The translations under genes were made by a program, and so were the position numbers. The notes beneath the pieces are model-generated. The model saw only the letters and a program-made list of their open reading frames with translations. It was not told where the DNA came from and did not search any database. A stretch of 60,952 nt of DNA, the filler included, from Basidiobolus ranarum (Eukaryota), in the NCBI GenBank assembly GCA_040143965.1. It is 15 parts of 15 records of this genome, joined end to end, with 100 filler letters (N's around TTAATTAATTAA, not from the genome) between each part and the next. Parts side by side here need not be neighbours in the genome. Positions count along the whole stretch, not along the records: positions 1 to 3,982 come from JASJQH010002180.1; positions 4,083 to 8,063 come from JASJQH010002181.1; positions 8,164 to 12,142 come from JASJQH010002182.1; positions 12,243 to 16,220 come from JASJQH010002183.1; 11 more parts are not named here. One strand, given 5' to 3'. Positions 1 to 12,884 of this stretch are shown piece after piece (the first letter of the stretch is position 1; every line of letters begins with the position of its first letter).

Positions 1-3000
1 GATGAGGCAACCCCTGACTGTGATTTGAGTCATTTTGGGCTAAATTAGCTGAAATTTTGATTAATTACACATTGGGATCCATTGGTGTGAATACAGGCTG
101 GCTATTCTCCATGTTGAAGCATATATGATGTTGAGGATGTATATAGACTGATTCAGCAAAATCTTCTGGTAGGGTTTAGCTCTCTTGATTTGGATTCCAA
201 GAGAATAACTTAATCCGCCCACATCAGCAAGCTGATATTGGTTTGCTACACTGCTTTTTGTCTGATTGAATGGTTCTAGATCTTATCTCACTATGATCAA
301 GTTATCCACATATAGAACCAAGATCAGGATCTTATTTCTAGATATTTTGATGTAAATACTGTGATCTGCTGAGCATTTTTGGAATCCTAGTGATTCCAAA
401 TATGTATCTATATTGTTGTACCATGCTCTGGGTTCTTGCTAGAGTTTATATAGTTGTTTTTGCAGTTTACTGATCATATCAGGGTGTTTTGGGTCAACAA
501 ATCCATCCAGTTTCTCCATATAGACTTCTTTTTCTAGATTTCCATCCAGAAAGGCTCTTCTTGTATCAATTCTATGTAAATCAAGGTTATAGATGGCTGA
601 GTGTACCAACATTGATCTAATGTTGCCAAACATAGCTATTGGAGCAAAGGCTTCTTTGAAATCTATACCTGGGGTCTGGGAATAGGCTTTTGCAACTAAT
701 CTTGCTATGAACCTTTCTATGGCTCCTTCAGCTCAGTATTTGACTTTGTATACCCAATTGCAACCTATTGGCTCTTTCCCTGAAGATAGAGGAATCATAA
801 CACAAGTTTTTTTGTCCTGTAGTCAAGGAAACCCATCAGACATTGCTTTTTCCCATAATTTTGATCTGGCTACCCTAGATATTGATCTAGAGTCTGTGAC
901 TTGTCACAGAATGCTACATAAGCATATACATCACAATTGGAAGTATTTCACCAACTCCCAGGCTTAATTCTCCTCCTGGATGATCTTCTGGGTCCTGAAT
1001 CATCCTATAAAGTAAGTGGGACTGCAAATTTTGTTGAATAAGGCTCAGATACAGAAGATATTTTACCACACACTTTCTGAATAGTGCTGATGGTATTTTT
1101 TGGATCAAGAACTGTGATTTTGTGGAAACAAATTTGCTTTTTCATCCTGAATCACATCTCTGAACTTAATTAACTTCTGATTATTGGTATCATACAGGCT
1201 GTACACCTTAGATCCATCACAGTAACCAAGAAATATCAATTTTCTGCTTTTGGGTTCCTATTGAAGGCATTTTTAAGTGGAAATATGGAAATGTGCTATG
1301 CAACCAAAGTTCCTGAGATGATCCACACTTGGTTTTATTCCATATAGAGCTTCAAATGGAGTAGAATTTTGTGGTAATCTTCTAGAGCATCTGTTTTTGA
1401 TATAGACTGCAGTGGAGACAGATTCAGCCTAATACTAGTAACCTAATTTTTGTTCATGTAATGTTGATCTGGCAACCTCCACTATGGTCCTATTTGCACA
1501 TAGTGCAGCTCCATTTTGCTGTGGAGTATATGGTACAGTAGTTTGTTGCTTAATTCCATATTTAGAACAAAAACTAGGAAAGCCTTTAGAGCAGTTTTTG
1601 TCACCATTACTACTCCTTAGTATCCTTTTTGTTTGTGCTGATTATTTCTCAACCATTGCTTTGTAGTGCTTGATCCTAGCTAAGGCTTCAGATCTGATCC
1701 GAGAAAAAAAAAACAAGTATGTTTTCTTTTGTCATCAATCAAAATAAGGTCATAAAATACCTTTTGCCACATAGTGAGATGTTTTTCATGGCCCACATAG
1801 GTCAGAATGAATCAGGGCAAAATTCCGAGAGAATTTGATCTCTCCAGAGCTTCAAAGCGGCTGTCTGTGATGTTCTTGTTACCTTCACACCAATCCAATT
1901 GGGTAATATTTTCAATTTCTAAGCCTGAATCAATATACCACATTTTGAGTGTTCTTTAGTGCTTACTGATAGGGCAAACACAACTAAATGGTCCCTAGTA
2001 GTGCTTACTTGATTTGCCTGTTCCAATTTTAATATTTTTCCAATAATCCTTTTTCTGCAATCTTTCTTCAATGGCCTGGTTATTTGAAATACCTACAGAA
2101 GATTGATTTCCTACTAGAGGCACCATTATTGAAGCCTATTAGATGTTTTACAGCTCCAAAAAATGCCTGTTTGGCATTATTTTGCTGAGAATTAGATCTA
2201 CTTAATTACTCCTTTGAAAGCCAAGTACCAACATATTCTATTGTGAATGGCTTTGATCTTGATTCTAGGGCAATTATCAGATTCCCAAACTTGTCTGGCA
2301 GGCTCCCAAGTGGTGTCATGACTAAGTCAGTGTCATTCAGAGGTGCTCCTATGGATGAGAGCTGATTAGCCATAGCTAATATCAAAATTATATGATTAAG
2401 CATACAATCATCAGTATTCATTTGAATTGAGAATAATGTTTGTCCAAGATATAGCTTATTAGCCAGACCTTTAGTATCATATGGTTCCTCAAGTGTTTCA
2501 CAAGCAGCTTGGATGTTTTTGGCTGATTTTATGTGCCTTAATTGAGACTCTCTGAGATGTAGACAAAGTGTTGAGAGCACTTTCCTTTGCTTCTTGTTAA
2601 AGGCAAGGATAGCTTCTGGTGGTCTCTTTGGCTCTATTTCTTCTTCTTTAACAAATCCTCAAAGGTTCTTGTCTTCTAGCACCATTTGCATCTTGAACTT
2701 CCAAAGGTTACAGTCTTCTATCAACAAACTTCTCTGGGGATGCAAAAACATTGGTAATAGTACTTGAAGACATTACTATAACATCTAGCTTGGGGTTCAA
2801 AACCTAAAAAAAGTGTTTAGGGGATTTAGAAGTGTTTTGGCCAAGATTTAGATTTGTGAATTAGACACTTAAGTTTTAAGAAGTCAATAAGTCCTGTTGA
2901 TAGTTTACTACAAAGTAGGACTATTGCATGTGCTTAGATCATACCCAACATTCCTGTTAAGCATGGATGAAAATATTAAGTGATGTGGAGATGTTTTGAG

Positions 3001-3154
3001 AAAATAGCAAAAATTGTTAAATGTGATATAATTGATATTTCTATCAATTAGTGCAACAAACACACATCTTTAATGGCAGGATTGAGTACCAAAAAATCAG
3101 AATATGAATAAACCAACTATTAAATATTGAGTTGCTATTTACCTAATTTCAACA
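1..3154 (-). mobile_element. Degenerate Ty1/copia LTR retrotransposon, family A (5' LTR, gag, integrase, partial RT)
   Basis: gag ATG at 2773 then ...NLWKFKMQMVLEDK and the 2206-2580 ORF. Zinc-knuckle relic near 2060-2100. Integrase relics (HSDLCGP near 1790; YTPQQNGAA near 1500-1530). RT relic AFLDGNLEKEVYMEKLDGF at 439-633. Many stops and frameshifts. Confidence 0.93.
2806..3154 (-). repeat. Family A LTR (~350 bp)
   Basis: Begins TGTTGAAATTAGGTAAATAGCAAC on the minus strand. Homologous to 42721-43072, 50197-50546, 53921-54169 and 55738-56060. Followed by a degenerate PBS AGGTTTTGAACCCCA (2791-2805). Confidence 0.85.
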
Positions 3155-3982
3155 ATTGAATAGCAGGTGCATAGTGCCTAATGGGAAGCTTTGGCTCCAG
3201 CTGTTCCTTTTTAGCAATATAATCTTAGGCTTATATGCTAATACCAAGTTTGATGTTAGACTGACTATTTGGTGAATTGATATCCATCATCATGTTGAAA
3301 TTTGAATGATAAAATCATGGAGTTTAGTGTAGTATTTGGATAGTAGGAATGCATATGCCTGATAGAGTATACTCCATTGATTCAACATAATCTAAAACAA
3401 GATGGTGCATTATGCCCACAAAAACCTTCAAGTTTACCAATGGCAGGAGTGTCACCAATACTTACAATGCTATCAGCTTTGATAAAATATTGACTCATCT
3501 AAATTGCATTAGATAATCATTCAAAGTTTGCAACCAAAAGATGCAAGAAGCAATCTAAGAGCACTGGTGATTAGGTCCCGATATGATGGAGAGTATCAAA
3601 ATATTATGACTCTTATACCATTGGGAAAGAGAAAGATTGAATTTAATCAAGATTATTGGCCAGCAAGCCTTTCAACTGTGTATTTGTTTACTCAGAAACC
3701 ATCTGGAGCCAATGTAAATGCATTATAATAGATGATCTCAAAGACACCTTGACTTTTCAGATTCTGGTAGTGATATCAAGCAAGTATATTGAAAATGCCA
3801 TCAGCTTTATGGTGAGTACTTTGGTATTGGAACAATGAACTATATTTGGGTGATTTCATCAAAGCTTTAAGATTGGTAATCACAGGTATGTAAGCCAAAT
3901 ATGAATGATATTTACCTGATTCAATGATTGCCAGATGTGTGCAAGCAGTACCTGACTTCAGGTTTTTCAGATCATGGGGGAA
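3155..3982 (-). mobile_element. CACTA/EnSpm-type (Tnp2/Transposase_21-like) transposase relic
   Basis: Nucleotide homology to 23055-24320 and 53291-53920. The minus strand gives IGDTPAIGKL...GHNA-like motifs. Confidence 0.75.
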
Positions 3983-4082
3983 NNNNNNNNNNNNNNNNNN
4001 NNNNNNNNNNNNNNNNNNNNNNNNNNTTAATTAATTAANNNNNNNNNNNNNNNNNNNNNNNNNNNNNNNNNNNNNNNNNNNN
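3983..4082. other. Artificial contig linker N44-TTAATTAATTAA-N44 (first of 14)
   Basis: Identical 100-bp spacers with stop codons in all six frames at 3983, 8064, 12143, 16221, 20296, 24369, 28440, 32508, 36575, 40641, 44706, 48770, 52832 and 56893. The intervening contig lengths fall monotonically from 3982 to 3960. Confidence 0.99.
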
Positions 4083-4998
4083 TTATACTTTTATCTATTT
4101 ACAAAAATGTAATACTTGTATTCGATGTCCCATTTGGGTAATATTATGGAAGCTATTTTCCATAATTGTAAGAACGGGGTAGTGATTTTTTCTACAGGAA
4201 ATTCTCAGCCCAAACGCTTCTTTTTGATTGATCCTACCTGCTTTACACGCAATTCTAGTTGTTGCTTGCTCATGCCTGAATGAATTTTGGTTTACAGTCT
4301 TTCAGGTGTGTTGGTGCGATAAACAACAGTATGAGGTTTGCCCTTCTTTTAGTCGCGCTTCATATTTTCTGAGCAAGATTTAATCTTTCTGCAGGGCACC
4401 TGATATCATGATACTCGCCACTAGACAACTTGCTGCGACTCTTGACTAATTGCAGTGTTTTACTCTAAAATAAGACGATTGGAAATCCAATTCTCGATGA
4501 TCTGAAAATTCAGATTTTTTTTGAGACGTTTGCAACAACAAAATCAGCTTTTATTTTTGAGACAAACTCGGTTCTTTTTCATACATTAACATTAATTTAC
4601 AACTTTATTAACTACATATAACCGTACACTAGCGATGTGTAAGAGGATAAGTAAAGCGTCTAAAAAAAGGACTGACATCGTCTAATTTTAGAGTAAAATC
4701 CTGTAGTCGATTCATCATTTGATTTTTAATTCGTGGATTCACCACTTTCAGAGGGGTCAAAGACCCTCAGAAAAGATGACACTCTTAACAACTATAGGGA
4801 TGCACTAGTAGATGTAAACAGAGCACAGCTTTAGAGCAATATGTATATATATAAATACAACGAGGGAAGATATTTATTCTTTCATATAGATAGTTCAATG
4901 TTAAGTGAATCGTCCACTTCCATTTTGGAATGTGGTAGATTACTACTAATCCAGGGGTGGGGTTGGTTTGTTTATAAAGGGTTCACAAGCTACCAGAG

Positions 4999-6441
4999 TT
5001 ATGAATAATTGGCTTCAAAAGAATCGTGTTGATCAAATGTCTGGTTTACGGTTAATTTGGAATCATCTTGAAAATTTCGGTCTTCCACTCGTTGTTTCCA
5101 TTTGGGATGAATGGGTTTTCGGTGGATGAATACTTCGATGCCATTGAGAACACCACCTAGCTGTATGAAGGCTGCAGCAACTACATACACCCATGCACGA
5201 TGATAGCCTTTAAGCTGTAAGATCATGTGAACAATGGCAGGGGTGAAATGGAAAACGTGTAGGAATAATGCAATTCCTAGATTCTCAGTGTGCTTTCTAT
5301 GCTTTTGAACAGCACTGATAAGGGTTGCACTATAACGGTGGTTTGAATGGATGCTCAATGTACGTTTCACTCTCCCATGCTGCTCCTTTGAGTGTTCTTC
5401 AGAATTAGCCTTAAATACCATGTCATGTAGAACTAGTAAATAGCAGACTAAAACTATAAACAGTACAACATAATGAACACTCAGGAAGAGTTTTAAGAAA
5501 ATCTGGCCTGAGTATGTATGTTCATTAACCAAGCACCTAATATAATGTTAGTAAGAACATAGTGAGATAAAGTTATAGGCATATACATACCAGTATAAAT
5601 CTGGGCCAAAGCCTTGCGTGTGAACACCAGCAATTGCAGTTCCAAGGCAACTAAATCCGCAACCCACCCAGACTTTCCAGTCCCATCTTCCTAAGTAGAC
5701 ATCGATTTTTCGAACAAGCTGCAAGTAGGTTACCACTGCCACAGTTCCGACAACGGTCATTTCAATAAATGTTCCCAAATAAAGAATTCCACCGATGACG
5801 GCGCAAGTTTTTGACGATGGCAATTCATCCCAGTACATGGTATCTGCTACCATGAATAAAGTAACACAACCGAGAAACAAATCTAAAATTGCTATGTAGA
5901 ATGGAAATCGTATGGAAGAAGACAGATGAGGCTTTCTAGAGGCCTCTTGATTCCGATATTTGATTTCCTGATAGTCGATGTAAGATATATATATAACCGC
6001 CGAGGAAGCACATATATTCAATGTGGCGGTGATGGTAGTTAACATGTAAAAGAATATGGATCCATGCGGAGCAAAATCAGAGAAAAAGTGATTCTCTTCA
6101 AATCCCTCGGTTTCCTCGCTCGTATGTTTGGGTCGTGCCTCATGCTTTCCTCCACCGTGTTTGTGAGCTGCGTGATTTTCATGATGCTTTTTTCCTTCCT
6201 TTGAAGCTGCATCAATATCATGTTTAAGATCCTGCGGGTTAGTGACAGCGATTGGAGTCATCGGTTCATGTTTTTCATGTTGTCGACGATGTAGGTTTAT
6301 CGAATTTCTCAGAAGTATCGAAGCGACATCACGAATTTTTTCTTCAATTGCTCTTTCCGACACCTGTCCACCAGTGGTGGTACATAAAAATGCCACCAAA
6401 ATTATAAGCAAATTGATCCGCCACTTATTTAGAGGAAACAT
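4999..6441 (-). CDS. 7TM GPCR-like receptor (Git3/cAMP-receptor-like) with signal peptide and His-rich N-terminal ectodomain; 2 exons, ~462 aa
   Basis: Exon 1 is 5591-6441. Intron 5537-5590 (GTATGT...TACTAAC...TAG, 54 nt). Exon 2 is 4999-5536 and joins in frame (GPDLYW/CLVNEH). Seven hydrophobic segments, an RFPFYIAILDL motif, and Cys before TM3 and in ECL2. Confidence 0.85.
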
Positions 6442-8999
6442 GGATATTCAGAGTTTACCAAGGTTCCTCTATGGAATCGTGTCTCTATATATGATTCTAT
6501 GTAACGGTGGTTTCAAAAAAAGCTGATACAAAGCGAAGATAATATACGAGCTATCACTTTTGATAGGACTTCAAAGATATCCCACAAGCAGTTTGTAAGG
6601 TGCTTCAAGAAGAGTCAATCAAACTAGAATAGAACAACGAAAAAAAATCCAACACCAGGGGAGTGTTCTACAACTGAGTTGTAGAGGAGATAAGTATCTA
6701 TATATACTGTGATTCTGAGTGAGCTAGTGAATATTGTCTATAAATGTTGGCTTGTATATGCTAGTTGGCATCTCATGCAGCGCTATATCAAGATGTCTCA
6801 TAAATGACACGAAGAGGAAAGCGCTATAGTTCATTGATTGTCCTTGGAATCTGCTGTACCCCTTAGTGCTTCAGGATACTAATGGATGTTACAGAGGAGA
6901 AAATGATCTTTAATCTAGCTAGGTTTGTGAATCAGGATGCAGGGAAATATATCCGATGTCATGTCGGATAAGTATGTTCATATTGGCAAAATGATTTTCT
7001 GGTATCCCACTGATGGCAAGAGATAATTATAGTCGCAAATGAGAAATTCAATCTTTGTCTCAAAAGTGGCCGTTGTTTGCTTCGATTTTTAATTAGTCAT
7101 GCGCAATTCCGAGCTGGAAGATAGTAGAGACGTTTGAGAAAACTTCCATTTCTGGCCGGGAGCAATGTTGTATGATCGAAAGCATAAATATGAATGACAA
7201 ATTGACTGTAGTTGCAATATTGATAGGAATGAGGTACAGAGCTGAAACGACCTCTGTGTCGATATAACGCTATGAAACATCGTATCAGGAGCATATTTAC
7301 ATCTAATACCAATGATTACTCTAGGACTCCCATTATTTCCATCGCTACTGGTGACAGGAACGAATGTAGAACACTAAATTATAAACACAACCGTCCCCTA
7401 GCCTTCAGGCACCTGGACATCAACTCTGTTATGTACTCCAGAAGTAATAATCCCCATAGGAAATAGGCTTCCCACTTTTCAATGATAACATAGATGCATT
7501 GGTGCCGAGTGATCGCGTAGAGATATGATTTTTACTTTGATAAATAGGGGATATGTGTTGGATGGTAATCAGTTTTTTTCCGCAAATCCCTAGGAAGGCC
7601 CATCCAGTGAATGCTCCTATTTGTTGATTACAAACTATTGTATCTATGTCTGAGCTGACTGCATCTTAATAGCAAAACAGGCTTACTACTTGGCCTAGAG
7701 TAAAGTGAAGTCTGGATGCGACAGATTCTAACGTATCTTCACTCACGACTTTTCCATATTATAGTCAGATTGATTCGTCACATGTAAGGCATGGTCCTCC
7801 AACTACCAAGGTTGCTTTCGCAATGTGGATGCATGTAAGAACATCTTGCTTATGCATGCTGATAACTAAATCAAATTAGAAATAGCACTGCCCGTATGAA
7901 AGTCGTCTCATACTCTTAGTTACCGCGTATCGTTGAGAGATCTTAATAGGTTGGACACCTTATCTTTCACAGCAGTTAGTTTCATACCTCCACAAAATTC
8001 AGAATGTTTCATTCAGATATTGGATAAAAGTATAGGCTTGGACGTGAACGTATTGCGCACAATNNNNNNNNNNNNNNNNNNNNNNNNNNNNNNNNNNNNN
8101 NNNNNNNTTAATTAATTAANNNNNNNNNNNNNNNNNNNNNNNNNNNNNNNNNNNNNNNNNNNNTTGAATATATCGTTAAACTGACAAAATTTGAATATGT
8201 TAATTATTGGTTATTCCAATTGAATCTTCATTGGTTAATAGATTTAGTCTAGTTATTGCATGTTAACTCACTCCCTTTCTGTTTCTGGATGCATAATTTG
8301 ATAAATCGGAGTTCACATTGATTTCATCGAGGTATGTGCGCCATTGGTTTATTTACGGAAATTGTGGAACAAACCTTCGAATGGAAAAAGGTCAATCTAT
8401 AGAAATTCCCGAATTCGTCAGAAATCATCTTCATGGTGAATTTTTTTGGTCCACACACTTCCCATGCATCGAATGTTACGAGTAAACTATCTTCCTTGGG
8501 TATAGAATATTCCGATCGTCATTGATTTTGATTCGATAACCATTTAGGAAATTAAGTCAATGGGTATTCTCTATCATAAAAGGCCTAGTCTAGCCACATT
8601 CATGCACTACCAATAAAATCCCCCCATATGTAGTGTCTTTGGGTGAGCTCGGTTCATCGGAAATTGAAATCATTTGGAAGTCAACATCCAAGTAAATGGA
8701 CAAAATTGTAAAGAACCATGAGATTTTTTGGAAATAAGTTTTTTTATTATTTTTTTTATTTCGAATTTTTTATCTTGGAAATGAATACAACTAAGTCTAA
8801 TCTCAATTATGACCATGAGAATTTCACATAGAGAGGAAAATTAGAAGGGAGATATTGCAACGGATACCAGCTTCATTGAACATCGAATTCCCTTTCTTCA
8901 TTACCAATGATATGCGAAAAATTCATGATTAAGCCTCTTCAAAGGATTCCCAATTGGAAAGGTTGGAATAGATTGGTTGGATTCCATCTATTGGGTGGT

Positions 9000-9986
9000 T
9001 TAAGCCCAGGTACAGATGATGTCTCCAAACAAATTCTCACAAACTGTTCCGGAAGCACAGCTTTGCATAACTACTTGTCCATTGGTGCAAGTCTCGTATT
9101 CTTGGGCAATTCCTGGGTTGACACATTGTCTAATGAAATTGCAAACTTCGGGCTCAGCGCTCATAGTAGGCATAACAGGGACAGATGTGGCGGTAGAGGA
9201 TGTCTGGGTGCGTACAACTGAGGAAGTAGAGGTGCTGGTAGAAGTGTGGACAACAGAGGTGGTGGAAGAAGTGGTTGGGACAGCCTTAACGGTTGGCTTA
9301 GCTTCGACAGATTTCTTGACAGAAACAGTAGGCTTAGCTTCAACGGACTTCTTGACAGAAACGGTAGGCTTGACTTCAACGGACTTCTTAACCTCAACAG
9401 TTGGCTTGGCTTCAACAGACTTCTTAACCTCGACAGTTGGCTTGGCTTCAACAGACTTCTTAACTTCAACAGTTGGCTTGGGTTCAACGGGTTTCTTGGA
9501 TTCAACAGTTGGCTTGACATTTTTGTGGACTTCAACAGCTGCTTGTTGTTCCTCAGGAGCACCATCACAGGCAACGTAGGTCCAAGTAATATGGACACGA
9601 CCTTGTGCTTCGAGAGCAATATGATTAAAGGCAGCAGGGCTAAGATCGAGTGAACCAAATTTGCAAGTGGGACATTTATCAACAATCTTCACCTTGACAG
9701 ATCCTAAAGGTCCATTTACTAAAGCACAGCTATAGCAAGCAGGACTATGACTAGGATTGGCATATGGTCCAAATTGAGGAGCGTTAAGAGCAGCGATCAA
9801 TTCAGTAGGTCCATTTACAACTCCACAGGCACCAAGACCAGGTGTATAGTAAGTGCCGTCACCTGAAAAGCTACTACGCTTGCTGAAGTGAATACCAGCT
9901 TCACCCTTCATTGGAGCAGCAGAGGTTTGGGCAGCGAACAAAATGGCCAAGATACTGATGGTGGAGAAAGATTTAAGACTAATCAT
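9000..9986 (-). CDS. Secreted RlpA-like DPBB (expansin/loosenin-like) protein with K/V-rich repeats, S/T linker and C-terminal CBM19-like module
   Basis: Signal peptide and KR processing site. Motifs GDGTYYTPGLGACG and VKIVDKCPTCKFGSLDLSPAAF. C-terminal ...YETCTNGQVVMQSCASGTVC...ICTWA. Confidence 0.9.
   Translation of the reverse strand: MISLKSFSTISILAILFAAQTSAAPMKGEAGIHFSKRSSFSGDGTYYTPGLGACGVVNGPTELIAALNAPQFGPYANPSHSPACYSCALVNGPLGSVKVKIVDKCPTCKFGSLDLSPAAFNHIALEAQGRVHITWTYVACDGAPEEQQAAVEVHKNVKPTVESKKPVEPKPTVEVKKSVEAKPTVEVKKSVEAKPTVEVKKSVEVKPTVSVKKSVEAKPTVSVKKSVEAKPTVKAVPTTSSTTSVVHTSTSTSTSSVVRTQTSSTATSVPVMPTMSAEPEVCNFIRQCVNPGIAQEYETCTNGQVVMQSCASGTVCENLFGDIICTWA
9288..9516 (-). repeat. Coding 36-bp tandem repeat (KPTVEVKKSVEA, 6 full units plus a partial)
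   Basis: Visible directly in the DNA and in the protein of 9000-9986. Confidence 0.92.
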
Positions 9987-10065
9987 GATCGTATAATATG
10001 TATATAAGGCTCTTAGTTGTCAAAACTAATTGGATACAAGTATTTCTTGAGGGGTACCATCGGAC

Positions 10066-10072
10066 TTTTATA
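10066..10072 (-). promoter_or_regulatory. Putative TATA box (TATAAAA) of the DPBB gene
   Basis: TATAAAA on the minus strand ~80 bp upstream of the ATG at 9986. Confidence 0.5.
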
Positions 10073-12242
10073 AGAAATCTTGAACCTCCAGTGAGAGGAA
10101 ACTCTTGGAAGGTCCCAGCCACCAGCCTATCGATTATACCGGCGATGGCCCTTACTTCTTTAGAAGAGGCCTTTGTGAGGCGCTAAAGATGAACCATCTA
10201 TTCCAGAAAAGAATTCCTTTGCATACTTGAATACCTTTCCACTAGTCTCTGCCAATTCTGGTATCTTCAGTTCGTTTCTCTAAGTCTAGTTTTTAATGAA
10301 CTCCTGCAGGTATTATTAAATATGGCTTATCCTTACAACCTTTCATCCTCTTTAGTACAGTGCCTTGAGTATGTTTGGGTTATCTTGACCAAAAGTTTGA
10401 ATCTCCGGATCTTTCTGTCATGACCCGATCCTTGGATAACCACTGAAATAGAAAACCACCTATTTGGAAATCCAATGAATTCCAAAGGTAAGATGATAAA
10501 CCCAGGGATTCTTGTCAAAACAAACAAATATTTACCCTAACTTGTGCCTCTCTATAGTCATATATATCTATATTGAAATGGAACTCTTACGCTAACCAAC
10601 ATTCAAGGTCAGTATAGAAGTAACCCATAATGTATGTTAAGTTAGTTATAACTCGAATGATTGTAGTGTTCGAAATGACGAGTGCAGAGCAAGTGTAAAC
10701 ATCAACATAGCTCCTATTCGTAGCTGAGAGTTGGTCATATATGGTCACATACCAATATTTCCTTTTGATGAGAGAATGAGAGTACAACTTTTGGGTGGAA
10801 GGATATGGGATACTCTGTGCAACATATGGGGAAGATCTAAGATTGCAGGGTTTGTTTGTTATTAGGAAATTCGTCATCAGTAGATGGAATATTCGATGGC
10901 TCCAAACATGAGGGGAATAAGGAAGAGTAAATAGGATAAGATTGGATTAATAATGAGTTCTGATCAGTTTGGCGATTAGTATGGAATTCCCATTTGAACT
11001 TTATTTTCTGAATGCACAATCTGCTTTGCGCTATCTTCCCATTGAAATCATTGAATGTTGCCAAAATTATGGTGAATATTCGCTGGGATCCTCGCTAAGT
11101 CGCTTTCCCATCAACTATACATACCCGTATCGGATACTTACTCTTCATATAGCACTAACCTATCCTTAATTACTTACTGATAAGATACTAGGAAGTGATG
11201 GTATTTTTTTACTTCTCCGAAACTCTGTTATCGGTCATATTACTATGTAAAGAGTTCAAGTTACATGAAGGAACTCAATTCCCCCATAGCTGTGGAAAAT
11301 AAGGGGATTTTAATATTCTCAAGCCTCTTCTGATTTGGATAGCATGGACCGATAAGGCTTAAATCGACTCTACTTGAGTACTCACTTTGACCTCAACAGT
11401 GATTATGCAAGGTGCATTGATATCTATATATATTTAGAAATATTGCTTGTTTTTATTATATATATTTGTATCAAATTAATCTTGTTTAAATCTGATTCAT
11501 GCAAAAATGAATCTTAATTCAGCTCAGATCTTGGTTTAACCTCGCATAATTGATTTAGTGTGAATTAGTACTTCAAAGCATGTTTATAGCTCAGGGTTAG
11601 GAACAATCACATACGCATTCTTTTACTATTGCTGTGCTATTCGCAAAAAAACCGCATAGTCATTACTTATGTATGTTATGTATTATTATTGGCTCAATAC
11701 CTATACTCTGTGTTTAGCTAAGATCCATTCATTTATTGCATCGACAAGTAATTACCAAAACTGCTGATAGAAACATACATATCGATGGATAAATATTCAC
11801 GAATAATGTGCGAATTGCAGCTGTCTGCATTTTCTTCTCACGTAAGTCTAGGTGGTTGTTAGTTCAATTAAATACATATATATTGTGACCACCACTAATA
11901 TTGAAATAGTAATTTATAGAATTGATCTAGGGCTTGATAAAACTTCAATCAGATGATCATAACTTTAGTGTAATTAATAAATTGTTTAATTCCAGTATTG
12001 CCCAAGCAAAACTATGCTTAGGAGTATCTTTTAATAATGAAAGTAGCAGTTATTTGAATCCTACATTTGTAGCAGTATCGCACTCATATGTGAACATAGA
12101 GACAGGGTCGAAAATCCCTCTCAGTAGTAGGCAAAACTTACTNNNNNNNNNNNNNNNNNNNNNNNNNNNNNNNNNNNNNNNNNNNNTTAATTAATTAANN
12201 NNNNNNNNNNNNNNNNNNNNNNNNNNNNNNNNNNNNNNNNNN

Positions 12243-12868
12243 TTTGCTCATGATGTTCCACTAGGATTTCCCATGCATTCTTGGCAGAGTCAGCATCTAT
12301 GACTAGCATAAGTTGTTGTGATCCCAGTCTTAGACATATTTCCCTAAATGCCATTCTATATTTTTCTTTGAAGGTTGCCCTGGCTCATTTGTTTCAGTGT
12401 AAGAATTTGTACTTTCATCTTTCAAAGTTTCTTCTTCATCTGGTTGAACTATTTCCTAGATGTGTTTCCCTTCAGGCACAACTTGCATCTTGAATTGAAT
12501 GTTGGAATATCAATAATCTCCTTTTGGAAACAGACTCTAATTCACACGCTGCTACCATGTTGCAGGATCTTGACATTATGGGGATAGACTTTGGGTATTA
12601 GAAGCAACTTATGATAGTTTGTTTTAGTTACTTTGTTCTTCAGAGAATATGGTGACTTAAATATTAGAGATGTGAATCAATTGTTGGAGATACTCAGGAG
12701 TTAATGTAATAAGATATAATAGATAAGTTGAGGTAATATGACAAATTTGTTATATAGAGATAATCCTATTTAGAATATAGGGGCTATAGATACATTGCTA
12801 GCTGTTTCTGATATATGTATCATAACTAAAGTTAACTACAATGTAGAATAAAGATCAATTATCCAACA
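12243..12868 (-). mobile_element. Ty1/copia family C 5' end: LTR 12558-12868, PBS and gag N-terminus
   Basis: The LTR is bounded by TGTTG...CAACA. PBS TGGTAGCAGCG follows at 12547-12557. gag relic AFREICLRLGSQQLMLVIDADSAKNAWEILVEHHEQ. The LTR is homologous to 59014-59683 and 60379-60695. Confidence 0.85.
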
Positions 12869-12884
12869 GTAACTCCGCATCATA

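Noticed and set aside
9016-9685. Long overlapping ORFs 9016-9579, 9161-9685 and 9246-9653
   Set aside because: Shadow frames produced by the stop-poor 36-bp coding repeat of the DPBB gene.
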